A stretch of DNA of 63,287 nucleotides, the filler included, from Nemertoderma westbladi (taxonomy: Eukaryota > Animalia > Xenacoelomorpha), in the NCBI GenBank assembly GCA_032718475.1. It is 3 parts of 3 records of this genome, joined end to end, with 100 filler letters (N's around TTAATTAATTAA, not from the genome) between each part and the next. Parts side by side here need not be neighbours in the genome. Positions count along the whole stretch, not along the records: positions 1 to 28,931 come from JAUCBJ010008762.1; 2 more parts are not named here. One strand, 5' to 3'. A program made the translations under genes and the position numbers. Below are positions 1 to 12,169 of this stretch, in pieces. Each line of letters begins with the position of its first letter. Position 1 is the first letter of the stretch. The notes under the pieces were generated by a model. It was not told the DNA's origin and made no database searches. It worked only from the letters and a program-made list of their open reading frames with translations.

Positions 1-466
1 AGGAATTCCGTATGCTGCAAGTATGATGAACATACGTAATCGTGAGACTGAATTCCGATTCCTTAAATATGTCAACAAAGGCAATAACCAGATGTCTGTC
101 TTCCTTTGTTTTTGTTAACAACCCTATGTTGAAAAAACTTGGCAATTGCCATTTATTCTTAATCAACATTGTTAAAATTGTTAAAACGTAAGGGAATTAA
201 TTAATTAATTATACTAATTTGTTCATGAAATTAGTAAGGTATATTTTTGCAAAAAAAATATGTTAACTATTATTAAGGAACTTCGTGTCAATATTAATAA
301 CTTTGGCGGATTACTATTATGAAAATAGGAAAATCAATATAGTCTTAAAATATATATTTAAAAAATATAATGTTCAAATTACGGAAACTTATGTGAATAT
401 TAAATTATAATATAAATAATGTTAATATCTTTATGTATATGACATTAATCATCTATTATTTTTTAG

Positions 467-562
467 GCTCGGCGTTTATTGGGTGACTTTGGTATTCCTA
501 TATCGATGGTTCTAATGTGTATTGTAGCAAATGTATGCGAAAATCGGGGTACGCACACTGAG
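467..562 (+). CDS. SLC4: SLC4 (band 3/AE-like) anion exchanger, internal exon (upstream exons lie outside the window)
   Basis: ttttag| acceptor and GAG|gtaggt donor. Translates ARRLLGDFGIPISMVLMCIVANVCENRGTHTE, matching the AE1 RRVIGDFGVPISI (TM7) motif. Confidence 0.9.
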
Positions 563-700
563 GTAGGTAATGAGAGAAAAACGGGATACACACCGCACAC
601 TGAGGTAGGTAATGAGAGAAAAACGGGGTACACTCCGCACACTGAGGGAGGTAATGAGAGAAAAACGGGGTACGCACCGCACACTGAGGGAGGTAATGAA
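540..700 (+). repeat. 42-bp tandem repeat (~4 copies) spanning the SLC4 exon/intron donor
   Basis: CACACTGAGG(T/G)AGGTAATGA recurs with period 42 (TGAGG at 559, 601, 643, 685). Confidence 0.9.
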
Positions 701-748
701 GAATACGGAGTATTAGTTATGGCGAATTAATTAGTAAAACAGATGTTA

Positions 749-1131
749 GGACAATTGCGACCTGGACATTTGCGACCCATGATTTGGGGAAAAATTGATG
801 GGTCGCAATTGACCGGGTCGCAATTGACCGGGTCGCAATTTTCCGGGTCGCAAATTGACCGGGTCGCAATTGTCCGGGTCGCAAATTGACCGGGTCGCAA
901 TTGTCCGGGTCGCAATTGTCCGGGTCGCAAATTGACCGGGTCGCAATTGTCCGGATCCAGATAAAAAGATGTATTGTATATCATTGATAAATATCATTGT
1001 ATCATTGTATATCATTGACAATTGCGACCCGGACAATTGCGATCCATAATTTTTATTTAAAAACATGGGTCGCAATTGACCGGGTCGCAATTTTCCGGGT
1101 CGCAATTGTCCGGGTCGCAATTGTCCGGACT
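749..1131. mobile_element. MITE-like element built from 15-16-bp CCGGGTCGCAATTGT repeats in both orientations (intronic)
   Basis: Tandem GGGTCGCAATTGACC units plus inverted ACAATTGCGACC copies. Confidence 0.55.
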
Positions 1132-1763
1132 CCAGTAAAACAACATTTTATTGTTCGGGAAATATCTGGATGTTTATTGCACCATTAGATAAACAATACC
1201 GGACGTAGGCCTACCATCCCTCATAGGAATCGATGCCTTCAAACAATAATTAGTAATTAACAGATAATCATTTTACCATTCCTGTGCCAAAACATTGATT
1301 TCTGGACTGTCAGATAGTTTCTTTACAAAGCCTGCGGCAAAACATTCAAAATTTTCTGATGATTTTTGGACTGTCAGATAGTTTATTTAACAATGCTTGT
1401 GACAAAAAAACATTCAAAATTTTACGATTTGGAACTATGAGATAGATTTCCTTATGCCTGTGTAAAAGACTCTAAATTTGATAATTTATCGATTATGTCA
1501 GATCGTCGATTTCCAAATATCTGCAGCAAAATATCTTATTTGAGGTTGGATTCTGGCACAAAAATATTATGTGGTGTGATTGATAAAATCCTGGCAGTTT
1601 CAGCACCCTTCCGTGCTAATGGGTTTGCCGTTATTCATAATACTGTAGTACTCCCTCAGTCCCGCACGTATGAAATACTTTCCGGTCCCAGTACTATTTA
1701 TAACTGATCTTTGCTTACTCGGCGGGATATGACTCAATTTTATAAACTGCCTTAATCTTTCAG

Positions 1764-1912
1764 ACAGTGAATGCTCACACCGAGCTAAAATGGTACGTGC
1801 ATCCATTCTCTGGTACAGACGGGCAACTTATGCAATGGTACTGGGTATTTGGGACTTCAGTATCTGGTTTATTCGCCTTCATTCTTATATTCATGGAAGT
1901 CCAAATAACTGA
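1764..1912 (+). CDS. SLC4: SLC4 anion exchanger exon (TM8 region)
   Basis: ctttcag| ... GA|gtaagt. Translates TVNAHTELKWYVHPFSG...LFAFILIFMEVQIT(E), like AE1 WVIHPLG...ILIFLESQIT. Phase matches both neighbouring exons. Confidence 0.9.
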
Positions 1913-3107
1913 GTAAGTTCAATTCGTTATATTTACAGACTGTTAATAAATTAAATAATATTTGTTTAATAGTAGAATTAGGCTTAGTTAAATAAATTTA
2001 ATCAGAAATAGTAACATTAGAACAAAATTATTTCGAGGGCCAGTTATTATGTAACACATTACAATGTCAGAAACTTAGTTATATAAATTTACATTACAAC
2101 CCATGAGAAACTTTCTCAGCATGATACAACATTATCCAGTTTCTACTGCTGGATAGAACAAGATAAGGCCAAGGGTGATCATTTCTACGATATAAGCAAA
2201 AGCCATCAGCCATTCATGCATTGTGGTGATTTGGTTTTAAGAGTTTACGGAAGTTGTACGTACGTGTGTAATTACCAATTTGATAGATGGACATTGTATA
2301 GTGTAGCCCGGAATGATAAGACCTCCAGAGAAAGTTTAATTTCGGAATATGTCCATTCTCTTGATAGTTTATTTATTAATACAGACCATGCCTTGACCTT
2401 CGTATTCGGAGTTCTTCCATAGATCTCCGAATTCAAGACCTTAGGTATTAAAAGTCAGCAACCACCCTATCCAACGACAGAACACACTGATGGTCCACGG
2501 TCTGTTGTGGGGAATCAAAATTTACAGACAGAATTTTACAAACAGACAATTACAAACAGACCATCACTGGATAGCTCTGCATTCCAGAATATTTGTCATC
2601 CTAGGAAACTAAGTTTTAAGGGAAACTAAGTAATGCCATCGCACAACCGTTTAACCGATTGCAAAACGTTGGATATCTTGATTTAGGCCTATTCTATACC
2701 TGTTACTAAGGTAGCTACGACCAATGATTCGGACCGTTAATGAATGGTATAATTTTTTGATTACTAAAGAAAGTTGATTGTAATATTATTTTTGTTAATT
2801 AACAGTGAGCCAGTAATTTTAGGAATTAAATGTTTCTTTATTACCCCTTGACGTATATTAACACTGGCTAGGGAAATTACATACGCAGGGGGGGGGGGGG
2901 GGGGGGGGGCGAGATATAAAGCGAGATTTAACTTCATTGTAATAAAAAATATATGTTACACCATAATAGTTAAACATTATTAGTCGGCCAGTTCGCCAGG
3001 GTAAGATTAGAGACTCTTCTGTCTGAGAGACTCTGAGACTGAGTTCTATGACTGAGGGACTCAGTTAAACTAACTAAGACTTTTATTAAATTTTATCTAC
3101 TTTCCAG

Positions 3108-3361
3108 GGTTATAATAAATAAAAAGGAAAACAGATTACGTAAAGGCACCGGACATTTCCTTGATATGGAAATTATTGGGATACTAACAGCGTTGTCGTC
3201 AGTGTTTGGACTGCCTTGGATGTGCGCTGCTACTGAACGGTGTATCAGCCACGTAAACGCACTAGCAGTATTCTCTAGGACTCACGCACCTGGCGAAAAA
3301 CCTAAACTCATTCGGATTATAGATCAACGCATGACTAACATTCTAACACATATATTAATAG
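3108..3361 (+). CDS. SLC4: SLC4 anion exchanger exon (TM9-TM11)
   Basis: tttccag| ... G|gtgtgt. Translates VIINKKENRLRKGTGHFLDM...FGLPWMCAATERCISHVNAL...APGEKPKLIRIIDQRMT. Confidence 0.95.
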
Positions 3362-3754
3362 GTGTGTATTTATTATCAGTAGTGGTACTACTAATAGTTC
3401 TGTCAATGTAGCATGACACAGGAAGAAATTCGGAATCAATCAAAACTACAATAACTACTACATTATTTTATTTAATTGTACTATAAGATGTAATTCAATA
3501 GAAAATGTATAAAGATAACACTGGCATGTCGCTATTAACTAAACTATTGATTATTTTACATCAAATAATTATTGAAATGAAACACAAATTTAGGAATTGG
3601 ATTATAACAATGTATCTATTAGATCAGCGAGCATGCATACATAAATAAGATAAATGTAAATCAAAAATAGTGGTAAACTAGATAGATAAGCATATCTAAT
3701 CAATGGTGTAATGAATCAATGTTCTTTACTTGCCTACAATATTTTGCATTTAAG

Positions 3755-3927
3755 GTTTATCAATGTTTCTAGAAAAACCAGTTCTAGAACATATTCCTAA
3801 AGCGGTACTATATGGTATCTTTCTTTACATGGGTATAACATCGCTTACTGGAAGCCAATTCTTCGAACGTTGCCAGATGCTATTTATGCCACCTAAACAT
3901 CATCCTGACAACGCCATTGTTCGACGG
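3755..3927 (+). CDS. SLC4: SLC4 anion exchanger exon (TM12)
   Basis: taag| ... CGG|gtaggt. Translates [52 protein letters not shown]. Confidence 0.95.
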
Positions 3928-4334
3928 GTAGGTGCAACCTCAATAATTATTATGCGGGTTGTTGATAATTGAGAAATTATCATGAACTATTAATATTGTG
4001 AATCCTCCTGTATTTTTTTAGTTGGTGCTTAGGAATGTAAATTTTGCAATCAAAGTTTATGCCACACGCTTTTAATAAAGAATGCGTCTATCGGTGATGT
4101 TCCATCGAACGCACCACCACACTAGGTTGGGTGGTTAATATCCGGGTAAACAAACTTTTAACTTCCGCCACTCGTTATTGTCTTTCCAAATCGCTGCGCT
4201 CGTGACGTGCATGGAGAAAAAACATCCAGTGGTTTAAATATGTAAATATTAATTATAATATTAATAATCGCTATAGATTAAAAAGCCTAATATATTATTA
4301 TTTTATATTTTATATATATTTTGTCTCATAATAG

Positions 4335-4508
4335 GTTCCCCTTTGGAAGACACACGTATTCACAATAATTCAATTATTGTGTTTATGCGCCTTGATTATG
4401 ATTAAACTGAGTGAAATAAAGCTTGGATTTCCTTTCTTCCTTTTACTTCTTATTCCTCTTCGGAACTTCCTTCTACCCTACATCTACAACCCAGTCCAAA
4501 TATCTGAG
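4335..4508 (+). CDS. SLC4: SLC4 anion exchanger exon (TM13-14)
   Basis: atag| ... GAG|gtgaga. Translates VPLWKTHVFTIIQLLCL...GFPFFLLLLIPLRNFLLPYIYNPVQISE (58 codons, phase 0). Confidence 0.93.
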
Positions 4509-4582
4509 GTGAGAAATTAAAATATTTATTGATATAAATCTTATCGCGCCAAAATAACTTAATTATAGGAGAAATGAGCGAG

Positions 4583-7500
4583 CAGGTTACAGTACAGTCT
4601 AATCTAACAAAACAATACCACAGGTTACAGTCTAATCTAACAAAAACAATACCACAGGTTACAGTCTAATCTAACAAAAACAATACCACAGGTTACAGTC
4701 TAATCTAACAAAAACAATACCACAGGTTACAGTCTAATCTAACAAAAACAATACCACAGGTTACAGTCTAATATAACAAAAACAATACCACAGGTTACAG
4801 TCTAATCTAACAAAACCAATACCACAGGTTACAGTCTAATCTAACAAATACAATACCACAGGTTACAGTCTAATCTAACAAAAACAATACCACAGGTTAC
4901 AGTCTAATCTAACAAAAACAATACCACAGGTTACAGTCTAATCTAACAAAAACAATACCACAGGTTACAGTCTAATCTAACAAAAACAATACCACAGGTT
5001 ACAGTCTAATCTAACAAAAACAATACCGCAGGTTACAGTCTAATATAACAAAAACAATACCACAGGTTACAGTCTAATATAACAAAAACAATACCACAGG
5101 TTACAGTCTAATATAACAAAAACAATACCACAGGTTACAGTCTAATCTAACAAAAACAATACCACATGTTACAGTCTAATCTAACAAAAACAATACCACT
5201 GGTTACATTCTAATATAACAAAAACAATACCAAAGGTTACAGTCTAATCTAACAAAAACAATACCACAGGTTACAGTCTAATCTATCAAATACAATACCA
5301 CAGGTTGCAGTCTAATCTAACAAAAACAATACCACAGGTTACAGTCTAATCTAACAAAAACAATACCACAGGTTACAGTCTAATCTAACAAAACCAATAC
5401 CACAGGTTACAGTCTAATCTAACAAAAACAATACCACAGGTTACAGTCTAATCTAACAAATACAATACCACAGGTTGCAGTCTAATCTAACACATTACCA
5501 CAGGTTACAGTCTAATGTAACAAAAACAATACCACAGGTTACAGTATAATCTAACAAAAATAATACCACATGTTACAGTCTAATCTAACAAAAACAATAC
5601 CACAGGTTACAGTCTAATCTAACAAAAACAATACCACAGGTTACAGTCTAATCTAACAAATACAATACCACAGGTTACAGTCTAATCTAACAAAAACAAT
5701 ACCACAGGTTACAGTCTAATCTACAAAAACAATACCACAGGTTACAGTCTAATCTATCAAAAACAATACCACAGGTTACAGTCTAATATAACAAAAATAA
5801 TACCACAGGTTACAGTCTAATCTAACAAAAACAATACAACAGGTTACAGTCTAATCTAACAAAAACAATACCACAGGTTACAGTCTAATCCAACAAAAAC
5901 AATACCACAGGTTACAGTCTAATCTAACAAAAACAATACAACAGGTTACAGTCTAATCTAACAAAAACAATACCACAGGTTACAGTCTAATCTAACAAAA
6001 ACAATACCACAGGTTACAGTCTAATATAACAAAAACAATACCACAGGTTACAGTCTAATATAACAAAAACAATACCACAGGTTACAGTTTAATATAACAA
6101 AAACAATACCACAGGTTACAGTCTAATCTAACAAAAACAATACCACAGGTTACAGTCTAATCTAACAAAATAATACCACAGGTTACAGTCTAATCTAACA
6201 AAAACAATACCACAGGTTACAGTCTAATCTAACAAAAACAATACCACTGGTTACATTTAACAAAAACAATACCGCAGGTTACAGTCTAATCTAACAAAAA
6301 CAATACCACAGGTTACAGTCTAATCTAACAAATACAATACCACAGGTTACAGTCTAATCTAACAAAAACAATACCACAGGTTACAGTCTAATCTAACAAA
6401 TACAATACCACAGGTTACAGTCTAATCTAACAAATACAATACTACAGGTTACAGTCTAATCTAACAAAAACAATACCCCAGGTTACAGTCTAACTAACAA
6501 AAACAATACCACAGGTTACAGTCTAATCTAACAAAAACAATACCACAGGTTACTGTCTAATCTAACAAAAACAATACCACATGTTACAGTCTAATCTAAC
6601 AAAAACAATACCACTGGTTACATTCTAATATAACAAAAACAATACCACAGGTTACAGTCTAATCTAACAAAACCAATACCACAGGTTACAGTCTAATCTA
6701 ACAAATACAATACCACAGGTTGCAGTCTAATCTAACAAAAACAATACAACAGGTTACAGTCTAATCTAACAAAAACAATAACACAGGTTACAGTCTAATC
6801 TAACAAAAACAATACCACAGGTTACAGTCTAATATAACAAAAACAATACCACAGGTTACAGTCTAATATAACAAAAACAATACCACAGGTTACAGTCTAA
6901 TATAACAAAAACAATACCACCGGTTACAGTCTAATCTAACAAAAACAATACCACAGGTTACAGTCTAATCTAACAAAAACAATACCACAGGTTACAGTCT
7001 AATCTAACAAAAACAATACCACAGGTTACAGTCTAATCTAACAAAAACAATACCACTGGTTACATTCTAATATAACAAAAACAATACCGCAGGTTACAGT
7101 CTAATCTAACAAAAACAATACCACAGGTTACAGTCTAATCTAACAAATACAATACCACAGGTTACAGTCTAATCTAACAAAAACAATACCACAGGTTACT
7201 GTCTAATATAACAAAAACAATACCACATGTTACAGTCTAATCTAACAAAAACAATACCACTGGTTACATTCTAATATAACAAAAACAATACCACAAGTTA
7301 CAGTCTAATCTAACAAAAACAATACCACAGGTTGCAGTCTAATCTAACAAAAACAATACCACAGGTTACAGTCTAATCTAACAAATACAATACCACAGGT
7401 TGCAGTCTAATCTAACACATTACCACAGGTTACAGTCTAATATAACAAAAACAATACCACAGGTTACAGTCTAATATAACAAAACAATACCACAGGTTAC

Positions 7501-8358
7501 AGTCTAATCTAACAAAAACAATACAACGGTTACAGTCTAATCTAACAAAAACAATACCACAGGTTACAGTCTAATCCAACAAAAACAATACCACAGGTTA
7601 CTGTCTAATATAACAAAAACAATACCACAGGTTACAGTCTAATCTAACAAATACAATCCCACAGGTTACAGTCTAATCTAACAAAAACAATACCACAGGT
7701 TACAGTCTAATCCAACAAAAACAATACCACAGGTTACTGTCTAATATAACAAAAACAATACCACAGGTTACAGTCTAATCTAACAAATACAATCCCACAG
7801 GTTACAGTCTAATCTAACAAATACAATACCACAGGTTACAGTCTAATCTAACAAAAACAATACAACGGTTACAGTCTAATCTAACAAAAACAATACCACA
7901 GGTTACAGTCTAATCCAACAAAAACAATACCACAGGTTACTGTCTAATATAACAAAAACAATACCACAGGTTACAGTCTAATCTAACAAATACAATCCCA
8001 CAGGTTACAGTCTAATCTAACAAAAACAATACCACAGGTTACAGTCTAATCCAACAAAAACAATACCACAGGTTACTGTCTAATATAACAAAAACAATAC
8101 CACAGGTTACAGTCTAATCTAACAAATACAATACCACAGGTTACAGTCTAATCTAACAAATACAATACCACAGGTTACAGTCTAATCTAACAAAAACAAT
8201 ACCACAGGTTACAGTCTAATCCAACAAAAACAATACCACAGGTTACTGTCTAATATAACAAAAACAATACCACAGGTTACAGTCTAATCTAACAAATACA
8301 ATACCACAGGTTACAGTCTAATCTAACAAAAACAATACCACAGGTTACAGTCTAATCT
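4583..8358. repeat. 34-bp minisatellite (~110 copies) filling the last SLC4 intron
   Basis: Unit CAGGTTACAGTCTAATCTAACAAAAACAATACCA, period 34. Confidence 0.97.
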
Positions 8359-8712
8359 TTACTCGTTAATCAGCTGTTATTTGGGTCACGATACGGATGT
8401 TTCAGTCTTTATAGTGTGGAGAGCCCCCAACCCACTCCTCATAACTCCCAACCCACATGTTAATGGATTAATGGTTAACGGCATGTTAATGGATTAAGTC
8501 ACGGTATTCCGAACGAGACATAATATAATACCGGTAGCAAACTGTAGTACAATGTAGGCCTACTAGTGATTATGCAACACTTCGACCTACCCTATATCCT
8601 CCCATGTATTAAATTAAATCTTTTCTAGCATACTGATGTTGTAAGTCTACCCTATGTAACAAGGTATATTTTGATAATTATTTGTTGTTAACCGGTATTT
8701 ATTTATTTGTAG

Positions 8713-8760
8713 TTGGATAAAGAAGGTGAAGATGGTGCTACTTCCGATGATGAATTTTAA
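8713..8760 (+). CDS. SLC4: SLC4 terminal coding exon
   Basis: tttgtag| then LDKEGEDGATSDDEF*, the acidic LD.. C-terminal tail typical of SLC4. AATAAA near 9127. Confidence 0.8.
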   Translation: MDKEGEDGATSDDEF

Positions 8761-9329
8761 AGAAAAATCAAATTAGCTTTCAGGTTATTTCTCCAAGTTA
8801 TCACTAACATGAACAGAGTTTACCCACATATCAAAGTTGTTTCGCCGCCAAGTGCAAGGGAGTGGAAACTGCAGGACGGAGAGGGATAAAAAACATGATT
8901 AGTGTTTGTCAACCTGAACGATTTGACTTGCCATTAATTTTTAGTAGCCTACACATTTTTTGGTTTTGTCTATGTGTGTTAGTTTGTATAAATCTAGTTT
9001 CTACGGTAATATTATAGCCTACGTATTCCAAAAAATATTCTTTATTGATTTTAAGACAAATGTTTTTATATAATTTATAGATAGATTGTTTTATGAAATT
9101 AATTAATGAAATAATACTATAATATAAATAAATAATAATTCTTAAAAATATTATATATTATTTTATTATACCGGCCCTCGTATTATACCATTTTATTATA
9201 AGCCACTAAGGGGATAATAGATTTGGTCAATCTCTCTCAATAGAATGATCCACGTCCGAATGCAGACTGGCAGGAGGACGTGCGCCTCTAGCCCTCCCTC
9301 GCCTCATCAGACGATAGTGGTAATGGAGG

Positions 9330-10130
9330 AATTGGTCTATTGATGAATCCATTTACACATGCAACATTTGACAAAATAAACCAAATAACCAACCGCATCA
9401 TCCGTTGCCAATTCTCATGTTCTGGAAGACTGACTAAGAAGTTTCCTAAGGTGCTTCTGATTGCGTGCTACTCTCCAACTAGTGTTGCACCAGTAGAGGA
9501 GGTGGAAAATTTCTACCACAATCTACAAGCAGCTACTGATGGAGTGGATCAGCATGCATTCTTAACATTCCTGGGAGACTTTAATGCAAGTCTCGATCAA
9601 TCATCAACATAATAATGGGTTTATATCAATAGTGTTAACCGAAATTCCGTCCATCTTCAGGATTTCATCTCTGGAAATGGATTGTTTTCGGCTGGAACTC
9701 AGTTCAAGAAGCTAACTGGAAAGCTATGGACTCATACTAGAATAAACTATCATAAGTAGCAGGTATACCATATTATTATGTTTTCGATACAGAAAGATCT
9801 GTACAAGACTGTAGTGCATTTACACTTCGCCGCTTCTCCAGTGATCATCGTCTTATTGTGGTGTGGTGTGGACAAGGTAAGACTTAGTCTCCGCGCTAGC
9901 AGAGCTAAGAAATGTACTTTTCCACGGCATGATTGTTGCACCATCCCAGTATGAGATCCAGCTTCATACTACAGCTGAGGAACAGGTATGAGGCTCTTGC
10001 TTCTGAGGCAGCAGATCACTGCGAGGGCTATACTGCCTACACAGAGGCAGTTTAGTTAGCAGCTGTAGAAACAGTGCCTCATAGCGAAAAGGCCGACCAT
10101 TAACGATAGAAAACAATGAGCAACGAAGCT
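9330..10130 (+). pseudogene. Degraded non-LTR retrotransposon AP-endonuclease region (RTE-like)
   Basis: ACYSPT...FY..LQ...LGDFNA motif, then KLWT and SDHRL-like motifs with stops and frameshifts. Confidence 0.7.
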
Positions 10131-10251
10131 TTCACTCCTAGGTACCGGATTCGCGCCCCCCATATGATAATTTTCGCCTTGGAGAGTGTTATCATACACC
10201 AAGTTCACCGCCACTCTACTTCACTAATTTTGTATTGTGAATATTCTTGAA

Positions 10252-11113
10252 GGATAGATAGTACTAGATTGTGACAACAGTCGAAAACAGTCGAAAACAG
10301 GCCAAAACAAGCGAAAACAGTTGGAATGTAGGGAAAACAGACGAAAACAGTTGGATTGTTTAAAAATAATCACCCATACATCCAGGTGAAAATAGGTGTA
10401 AAACTGTGTGAAAAAAAGGTGTGAAAATAGGTTAACTTAGGTGTAATTATGGCATTTATAACGTCGCTAACTTAAGATGACGTTCTACCCATATCCAATG
10501 AACAATAACACTGATTACCTGTTGCATGATTATGGATTACTCCAGTACTGCAGTAAGCCTGCAGAGTAGAGTATTCAGTAAGTCTATTGTACCGGCACCC
10601 GTACCGGCACCGATTGAAGAATATGTTGAAGTACGAAGTTCCGGTATCTTCGATTCCAGCTGTTTCCACCATCATCAGAACAAACAAAATCATTTAATGC
10701 TGTAAATGAAATAGGCCTATGTGCTATGTATTTTACGTACCTGGTATCGTTATTACAGACATGGAGTTCACAGACTTAGGCCTACAGTACTAGCTACTAC
10801 AGTACTACTGTATAACAATAAATAAAGTGCATATCTGCAATAATAATAAATTCAATACGGTACTACCCAACCGGTAGAGGCGGACAGTAACTACAACAGG
10901 TACCGGTACGGCAGTACGGGCACTTATATGAGCAGTGTTATTGTACATGGGTAGAGCGTCATCTTAATTTAACGACATCATAAATCCCACTAAATTTTAA
11001 ATCTATTATTACACCTAGTTAATTTCAATATCTACTTTCACCTGGATGATTATTTTTAAACAATCCAACTGTTTTCGTCTGTTTTCGACTGTTGTCACGA
11101 TTTAGTCCTACCC
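10252..11113. mobile_element. Non-autonomous Mutator-like (MULE) element
   Basis: 9-bp TSD ATTCTTGAA (10243-10251 and 11114-11122). Long imperfect TIRs starting GG (GTGACAACAGTCGAAAACAG ... CTGTTTTCGACTGTTGTCAC), plus an inner IR TTAAGATGACG/CGTCATCTTAA. Confidence 0.85.
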
Positions 11114-11289
11114 ATTCTTGAATATCACCGACATTATTAGGTGGTAATTTTCTTACCGACTTTTTTTTAGATAAAATATAAAAAATATTATACTCATTAA
11201 GGGAAGGGGGTGGAGTAATAATATGTCAGCCAAACAATGCTCTCTGTCGTAGTCATTATGCACTTAAAATTTCTAGAACACTCTATTAA

Positions 11290-11311
11290 GGGGGGGGGGG
11301 GGTACACCCCC
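11290..11311. mobile_element. Collapsed TIR-only remnant of a Kolobok-like MITE
   Basis: TTAA-G13TACACCCCC-TTAA; same terminus as the element at 59271-59987. Confidence 0.55.
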
Positions 11312-12169
11312 TTAATGGAGCTTTTTTGCAAATGGCTATAATTTCTACTTGTGTGTAGTTTTGTATATTTTATACCTTTCGGGGGATTAACATATGGCCA
11401 AAGATTGGGTTCAAATAAAAAATTTTCAAATTTGCATCGCCCTCTAACGGCTGTAGCGCTGTTGGAGACCACTACAAAATCATGTAAAAACATAAGGGGA
11501 ACTAATCTAGTTCATATATGTATTACATATAAAGCAGCATAGCAGATAATACACAGCAGCCATAATAACTGCATAAGCTGATGAGTACCGGTAGACTAAT
11601 ACTCCTAAGTCAGTGTCAGGGCGTAGTCCTTGATGATTCATACCTAGTCACTAGCTTGTATGTATAATAGACTGTAATAATAAGACATGCATCCAGCTAA
11701 TATATCAATATAACGACCTAGATTGGCCTAGGAAGGGCCAGTCTATTACAGCGGCCACTAGCGAAATTGTCAATTTCACTAAAAAAACTACTAATCTCAC
11801 AATTTTGGGCGAAAATTTTCGAAACTTCGTTTTTCTGAATCAGCATCCTCGGCTCCACAAAACTTATCCTTTACATTTTTTGTTTAGGTCTTAAATATTT
11901 TATAAATATTATTAACTAATATTAATTATTATTTATAGATATTACGTAACTAATTTGAAGAAATTAATATGGCACAATTCAAAATTCTAACCGATAACTT
12001 TTGATCAAAACCCGAAAAGAAATCGAACAAAAAAACATTTCGAAAATTTGTTAAGAAATGGCCGAGTAGTAGTATTTTGAAAGTGAAAAATACAATTCCG
12101 AGATAAACGCATTTAAAGTATAAAAACAATATTTCAAATGTTCCCGCTATTTTCATGAAGAACATCAAG

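Noticed and set aside
727-1188. Repetitive ORFs (NCDP, QLRPG, ATRTI)
   Set aside because: Translations of a 15-bp intronic repeat.
11578-11600. CTGATGAG core (also on the minus strand at ~9303-9310)
   Set aside because: No stem II followed by GAAA, so not a hammerhead.
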